Source of the DNA: Podarcis erhardii
Taxonomy: Eukaryota
Length of the DNA: 64,000 nucleotides
Assembly: GCA_964252035.1 (NCBI GenBank)
Contig: OZ176209.1
Reading direction: 5' to 3' (one strand)
Shown here: in pieces, positions 57,808 through 64,000 of the stretch
Layout of the letters: every line of letters starts with the position of its first letter
How positions within the stretch are numbered: the stretch's first letter is position 1
Translations under genes and position numbers: made by a program
The notes under the pieces: model-generated
What the model was told of the DNA's origin: nothing
Seen by the model: only the letters and a program-made list of their open reading frames with translations
Database searches by the model: none

Positions 57808-60800
57808 GTAAGTGCACAGCATCCATAATTTTTCTAGTGCCCTTTATTTCATTGTAGCCATTGGTCATCAGGAAACAATAAAAAAATAATCGTAGCAGCA
57901 CATTTTAAGCTTGCAATACAGCAAGCCATATGCAATATGCAGACTAAACATAAAACTCACTATAAAATTTATGACGTGCAATGAAGAAACTAATTAAAAA
58001 TATATCAGATTAAAAAAAAATCATTAGATAAGATGGTCCCCTTAGCAGCTGCTAATCATATTTTGTGCAGCAGATTTATTGCAAAGAGGACTATTTTATG
58101 AGCTAGATATTTGTCACAAAGTAGATAACAGATTTCCACAGCCTTGCACAAGATAGGTTTTTTTTGAAACTGTGCAATCATTTTTTTGTGTCAAAGAACT
58201 GTGAGCTCGGTTCACCCCCTCCCCAGTGGTGGCACCAGAATTTTTTTGGGGGGAGGAGGACACACATAAGGGGCATAGTATATCTCTAGGTGGATGAGCT
58301 GTTTCCCACATGATCACTTCCGGATTTGTGGTGTTCGGGAGCCAAAACGCTTGAGAACTGAAAAAATTAGTAGCATATGTTATTGACAGGAGTCCAGCAA
58401 AGGGGAGGGGCCAGTGGGAGAGGTAAGCACCTTGTTTGGGTGGGTGCTTGCCTCCCTTGCCCCCTGTTGAGAGAGGGGGAAAGTAGCTGGGGGTGTTTTA
58501 GAACAGAGAAGAGGTAGTCAGCATAAGGATTCCACTTCTTCACTGCTTCTCTGCTCTCGTTTGTCACTGCCCTCCATTTTGTAAAAACAAAAAATAGTGA
58601 TGGAACTCTAGTGCAGTCATACCTTGGAAGTTGAACAGAATCCATTCCAGAAGTCCTTTTGACTTCCAAAATATTCAGAAACCAAAGAGCGGCTTCTGAT
58701 TGGCTGCAGGAAGCCCTGTCGGATTCCCAAAAATGTTCACAAACTGGAACACTCACTTCCGGATTTGTGGTGTTCGGGAGCCAAAACGTTTGAGAACTAA
58801 GCTGTTCGAAAACCAAGGTACGACTCTAAATGTGCATTTGTGGAGGCAGCTATTTTGCAAGATCATTAATCCAGCCCTGTGAAAATATCACTTTCCCCTC
58901 TTTTTAACAAAGGTGTTAATAATGAATTTGCTTCAGCTTCTCTCTCTGCTCTCTTTCCCCACAGGTGCCTTCTTCATCCCATACCTCATATTCCTCTTTG
59001 CTTGTGGGATCCCAGTATTCTTGCTGGAGACAGCCCTTGGGCAGTATACCAGTCAGGGTGGGATCACTGCCTGGAGACGGATCTGCCCTATCTTTGAAGG
59101 CAAGTTGGTAATACAAGGGAAGTCCTGGTAGCTTTCCGCCAAACACGCACTGTACTTTTTGATCTAATTCCCTCTGAGCTCCCCTGCTACAGGGCATGGC
59201 TCAGAGCCAGCTGCCGTTGTACCTGTTCAGAACTGCAGTCTAAGTCAAAAGCGCGAGTCATTCTGAAGTGTAGATATTGGAGGCAGAGCTGGTTCTCAGT
59301 ACAGAGTCAAAAGGTGGTGGCAAAGAAGCAGCCAAAAGCAAAACAAGTTTAAAACTGCAGAGCCCCTGCCAAGGCAGGTGTGAAAGGGCAGATATTCAGA
59401 GGAGGAAGAAGCGGTGGCGACAACAAGGAACCACAAGTCCGCAAGTCTTTCTGTGTTTAAGATAAAAACGTGAGCTCCCTGTCTGCAGCAGCAGTGAGGA
59501 GTTGAAGAGTGAGGTGATTTCCTGCAAGGCATTGTTTATGCTAGGAGTGGTAGGTTACGCTGCAGAGGTACTAACTGATCATGTACAACAGGGATGGGGA
59601 ACCTCATGCAAAGGGCCAAATGTGGCCCTCCAGGTCTCTCTGCCTGGCCCTAGGAACTCTCCACAGGCCACACTCCTCATGGCCATTGCTTCACCCCCAA
59701 GTGGTTTTGCCTGCCTGGAATGTGTCCTTGAATTCTGGTAATGTTTATTGCTTGCCTGGATGGAGGATAGAGGTGTGTGTGTGAGAGAGAGAGAGAGAAA
59801 GAGAGAGAACTGTCTCTGAAAATTTACACATCACTTGGGAAGACAGGCGAACTAATACTGGCGTACTGGAAGAAGCAACAATCACCAGTGTTGAAGCAAT
59901 GGTTCTTCAACATCAACTTCGTTGGACTGGTCATGTTGTGCGGTTGCCTGATTATCGTCTTCTAAAGCAACTACTCTATTCCAGACTTAAAAATGGAAAG
60001 CGTAATGCTGGTGGTCAACAAAAGAGGTTTAAAGACTGTCTCAAGGCAGTTTTTAAAAATGTAGTATAAACACCAACAATTGGGAAACACTGGCCTGCGA
60101 GCGCTCCAATTGGAGAACAGCCTTTACCAAAGGTGTAATGGGCTTTGAAGACACTCAAACTCAGGACGCAAGGGAGAAACGTGCTAAGAGGAAGGCACAC
60201 TTGGCAAATCCACATCGTGATCAACTCCCGCCTGGGAACTAATGTCCCCACTGTGGAAGGATGTGTGGATCCAGAATTGGCCTCCACAGTCACTTACGGA
60301 CTCAATGTCAAAACCATGTTTATGGAAATACAATCTTACTTGGCTACGAGCAGGGGCGTAGCGTGGGGGGTGCAGGGGGGGCCGGCCACACCAGGCACAA
60401 CATCTGGGGGGGGCGTGCTCACCGCCTCCGGAGTCGCTGAAGAGCCTCGGGCGCAGGCTGTAGCAGAGCCCCATGTCTCGCGGAACCGACGAGCTGTGCG
60501 CGCGTCTGGGCTGAAGGCGTCCAGCAGGCAGCGGCTCTCAGCACTCACCGCGGTCCCTGCGTGTCAGGGCCGCAGAAGGCGCGCCAGGCAGCCCCTCCTC
60601 ACAGCCCCGCTGCTGCTGCTGCTGCTGCAGCTGCTGGGCCATGTTGCATTTTCCTCGCCTCTCTGCCCTCCTCCTCCGGGCAAGCGGCGTCGTTTGGGCG
60701 GCAGCGCCAGCGGCAACTCGCCTCAGATCACCTGACACGGACCCGCCGCCGCCGCCGTGGCTACCTTACCGTAAATACCCCAGCCCAGGCAGCAGCAAGA

Positions 60801-61445
60801 AGGAGCTGGCAGCGGTGGCAGGTTAGGGGTTAGGGGGCGCAAATTACTTGCCTTGCCCTGGGTTAGGGGGCGCAAATTACTTGCCTTGCCCCGGGTGCTG
60901 ACAACCCACGCTACGCCGCTGGCTACGAGTGATCGCCAAAGAGGAAGACTCTACAAATATGAAATTTGCATCCATTGCCCTGTCCACTGTGAAGCAATGG
61001 TTCTGCCCTCCACAGGCATGTGGATCTCACCTGCCTTCAGACCAGAGTTGGGGAACTAGTGACCTTCTGGACATTGCTGGACTCCAGTTCCCATCAGCCC
61101 CTGTGAGCACGGCCTGGGATGATGGCAGTCACATCTGGAGACCCACAGCTTCCCCACCTCTGCTTCTGGCCAGTCTCTGAACTATGTTTGGTCCTATCAG
61201 TAACTGAAAACCTATGTCTTTTTCAATCACAGCTTGACAGGAAATTGTGGCCCTTTTTGTCTGTTTTTAACCATCACCTTTATCTCTCTCTCTCTGCCAC
61301 TCAGGAATTGGCTATGCTTCCCAAGTCATCGAATCGTTCCTGAATGTCTACTACATCATCATATTGGCTTGGGCCCTGTTCTACCTATTTAACTCCTTCA
61401 CTGCTGTTCTACCCTGGGCCAGCTGCAGTAATACCTGGAACACAG
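57600..61445 (+). CDS. SLC6A12: SLC6A12 / BGT1-like betaine-GABA transporter, spliced CDS, 3'-partial (coding exons 1-3)
   Basis: Exons of 208, 135 and 141 coding nt in frame. TM3 reads [22 protein letters not shown], closest to BGT1 ([16 protein letters not shown] as recalled). It sits downstream of SLC6A13 in the same orientation, as in the mammalian SLC6A13-SLC6A12 pair. A lineage-specific paralog cannot be excluded. Confidence 0.8.
58614..58826. mobile_element. Tigger/pogo-like MITE, second subfamily, diverged
   Basis: Ends cagtcataccttgg / ccaaggtacgactc; interior homologous to 28592. Confidence 0.65.
58965..59099 (+). CDS. SLC6A12: SLC6A12-like coding exon 2 ([45 protein letters not shown]), GC donor
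   Basis: ccacag acceptor; 135 nt like the paralogous exon 2552-2686; donor AAG|GCAAGT. Confidence 0.92.
60351..60921. mobile_element. Pack-TIR-like non-autonomous hAT element with about 410 bp of captured CpG-rich cargo
   Basis: TIR CAGGGGCGTAGCGTGGG / CCCACGCTACGCCGCTG, perfect TSD GCTACGAG (60343-60350, 60922-60929); both ends match the cargo-less element at 47391. Confidence 0.9.
60418..60474 (-). pseudogene. GNAL: captured fragment resembling the start of the GNAL long (XL G-alpha-olf) first exon: [19 protein letters not shown]
   Basis: ATG in gagacATGG context; the peptide matches my recollection of the human XL-Golf N-terminus [16 protein letters not shown] (first 9 residues identical); recalled, not database-checked. 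Confidence 0.7.
61305..61445 (+). CDS. SLC6A12: SLC6A12-like coding exon 3 ([47 protein letters not shown])
   Basis: actcag acceptor, gtatga donor, 141 nt. Confidence 0.93.
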
Positions 61446-62720
61446 GTATGACTCTGGCAAGCTGCCACCTCCTGCCTGGCTTTCTGAAGAAATGGAACTG
61501 TAGTTCTTCTTACTTTGCTATATAAGTTCAGGCGCAAGATACGTTGGCAGACGAAATTAAAAATGGAAATCCTTTTTCTCACCCCCTTGCTGGTGAAAAT
61601 ATAATAAGTAATTGGCAATTTAAAGTAGCAAAAAATATTGGCATTTGAATATTGTCACTTCTGATGTGACATTTGTGTCCATTTATTCTTTTGCGTAGAC
61701 TGACTGCTTAGTCCTATGTAGGACATTATTGGCAGATGATAACATAAACTGGGTTGTATCCAATGCTACTCAGAATAGACTTATGGAAATTAATGTACAT
61801 GGCTAACTTAGGCCCATTAATTTCAATGGGTCTGTTCTGAGTTAGGACCTAGATGGGCAGGTGAATGAACCCCAGATGTTGTGGTTGATACTACTGGAAG
61901 AATTCAAAGGCTATCCCAAATCTGTTGGCTGAGGTTTCTCCATCATTCTCTGCCTAAGGTTAGGGATGGCTCTGGACCAAGGCAACCTAGCGCTTGTGAT
62001 ACGTCTTTGTCTTGTCTTTCAGAAGATTTGATATGGTCTATTTTCTCTCTGAGCCCAATCACGATGATAGAGATGTGGGGTGTACCTTTATTTTATTTAT
62101 TTTATTTTAAAAAGACCTCATGATGTCTTGGAATGAAAAACCCTTGTGTGAGGGTTGTGGCTGTTTTAATCTCATGAGTGCAACTCCCAGAGAGTGGTAT
62201 TTGTTTTTGTTTTGCTTTTGGGGGCATAGGGGAAAAAAGAGAGAGGAAATACTCACTGCACATTCTTCTCTTTGCTTTCCTCCTTAGATATGTTGTAGTC
62301 AATTCTGTTCTGAGTAAAAAAAAAAGTCTAGTTCTTTTCCCTTAAAGCCTTTGTGTGTGTGCCTGGCTGGTTCCTGGCTTTGTGGACAGCCTTTCTGTGA
62401 GCTGAACATGACCTTCTGAACTCATGACTGAAAGGATAAGAATGTTGTACCACTGACCTCCTCACATGGCAATAAACACTGCAACCCCCCCCCCCGCCTG
62501 CCTCTCTCTTTCAAGTCGCTGAAGAGACCAGAGTCTCATGCAGTGGGGCTGTGAACTCCACCTTTGTACACTCAGCCTTTGCTTTATTTCATTTTATTCA
62601 GAATCCACAGGGCCCTGGAGAAGCAAGGCAGAGGTTCCACCTGGCCTCTGAATGCCTCTTGCCTTCTGTTACAGTCTTTTGCCTCTTTCTCTGCAGGCTG
62701 GAACAAGTGTATCCACATTA

Positions 62721-63068
62721 AAGGTACCCCTGCCCGTACGGGCCAGTCGTGTCCGACTCTAGGGTTGTGCGCCCATCTCACTTAAGAGGCCGGGGGCCAG
62801 CGCTGTCCGGAGACACTTCCGGGTCACGTGGCCAGCATGACGAAGATGCTCTGGTGAGCCAGCACCAGCGCAGCACACAGAAACGCCGTTTACCTTCCCG
62901 CTTTAAAGCGGTACCTATTTATCTACTTGCACTTAGGGGTGCTTTCGAACTGCTAGGTGGGCAGGAGCTGGGACCGAAAGACGGGAGCTCACCCCGCCGT
63001 GGGGATTCGAACCACCGACCATGCAATCGGCAAGTCCTAGGTAAAACCACAGTGCCACCCGCGTCCCC
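62721..63068 (-). mobile_element. Sauria SINE (same subfamily as 30316)
   Basis: TSD GTATCCACATTA / GTATCCATATTA. Confidence 0.87.
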
Positions 63069-63724
63069 GTATCCATATTACAAACCACCATTTTCCTTTT
63101 ACTCATACCAGGCATTTAATCTTTAATGACATCTTTATTTATTTATTTTTTTTAAATAATTTTTATTAAGGTTTTCCAAATTAAAACAAATTAAATCCAA
63201 TTTATAAACTTTTTCCAATAACTAGGACTTCCCCTCCCCACCCCCTCATGTATTCCAAATCTTCCAAATAAACAATTAGGTTCAACAAATTCTTATCCCC
63301 AAATTTAATGACATCTTTAGGCTCTGATCCCTGTTCCCAGTCTGGAGGTGGCCTTCCCTTCACAATTTCCAAGTAAGGGCACCCATGCCACAAGTTAACA
63401 GTATATCTAGCGCACATCTGAATAGCATGACACCCCCCAAATAATAACAGGAACTGTGGTTTGTTAATGGTGCTGGGGAATGGCATCTCTGTGAAGGGGA
63501 AACCATAGTTCCCAGAATTCTTTGAGGGAGGGTAGTCATGTGCTTTAAACTTGATTTAAATGTGTGGTCTGGATCTGCCCATAGTTTGCTAATTTTAGAC
63601 TCTTTATGGTCCTCCCGGGGGGTGGGGAGCAGGTGACGATTATCTCTTTATAAATGGCCATGGGTAAAACGTCACTTACTCTAGAATGGAGTAAGCCAGC
63701 CCTGCTGCATTTGGGGTCCTTCAT

Positions 63725-64000
63725 GCTCACGGCACTGTGGTCTAAATTACTGAGCCTCTTGGGCTTGCCAATCAGAAGGTTGGAGGTTTGAATCCCCACG
63801 ATGGAGTGAGCTCCCGTTGCTCTGTCCCAGCTCCTGCCAACCTAGCAGTTCTAAAGCACACCAGTGCAAGTAGATAAATAGGTACAGCTGTGGCAGGAAG
63901 GTAAATGGCATTTCCGTGCGCTCTGGTTTCTGTTAAGGTGTTCCATTGCACCAGAAGTGGTTTAGTCAAGCTAGCCCCATAACCCAGAAAGCTGCCTGTG
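63725..64000 (+). mobile_element. Sauria SINE, runs off the window end
   Basis: gcactgtggtctaaa..tcagaaggttggaggtttgaatcccc..gcaagtagataaataggtac. Confidence 0.8.

Larger units (their letters stand above)
59812..60948 (+). mobile_element. 5'-truncated RTE-clade LINE, interrupted by the hAT insertion at 60351-60921
   Basis: Homologous to 12730-13242; the tail cttacttg|gctacgag|tgatcgccaaagaggaag is split by the insertion. Confidence 0.87.

Noticed and set aside
60145-60735. 196-aa plus-strand ORF with a signal-peptide-like [10 protein letters not shown] stretch
   Set aside because: It crosses RTE, hAT terminus and cargo boundaries in a non-RT frame. The leucine run is the (CTG)n repeat, and the gene-like signals in the cargo are on the minus strand.
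59812-60948. BovB identity for the RTE fragments
   Set aside because: The 3' end and C2H2-finger C-terminus differ from the BovB tail as I recall it; called RTE-clade only.
61446-64000. Next SLC6A12 exon (EL2, about 85-100 nt with Cys and EFWE)
   Set aside because: No AG-flanked segment translating to this motif was found; it presumably lies beyond the window.

Overview
Eukaryotic (vertebrate) genomic DNA. The repeat content (Sauria SINEs, other tRNA-derived SINEs, squamate-type MITEs, Penelope-like element) points to a squamate reptile, probably a lacertid lizard; this is inference. Two tandem + strand SLC6 genes are present. The first is SLC6A13 (GAT2): coding exons 2-14 at 2552-33319, an intact reading frame ending ...LTELDSHC*, with the ATG exon upstream of the window. 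The second is an SLC6A12 (BGT1)-like gene: coding exons 1-3 at 57600-61445, running off the window end, with a GC-AG intron. The rest is intronic or intergenic DNA full of transposons, and nearly all listed ORFs are spurious. Main observations: (1) a non-autonomous hAT element with perfect 8-bp TSDs (60351-60921), nested in an RTE LINE, carries about 410 bp of CpG-rich cargo. The cargo includes a fragment reading [19 protein letters not shown], like the N-terminus of the XL isoform of GNAL, plus two more exon/donor-like pieces, i.e. a Pack-TIR-like gene-fragment capture. A cargo-less sibling with TTAGGG-containing repeats lies at 47391-47580. (2) A Penelope-like insertion forms a perfect 93-bp-arm palindrome with a minimal hammerhead ribozyme on each strand (15507-15735). 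(3) A 5'-inverted RTE LINE, a 1.85-kb hAT carrying ordinary genomic DNA, and a chimeric Sauria SINE are also present.
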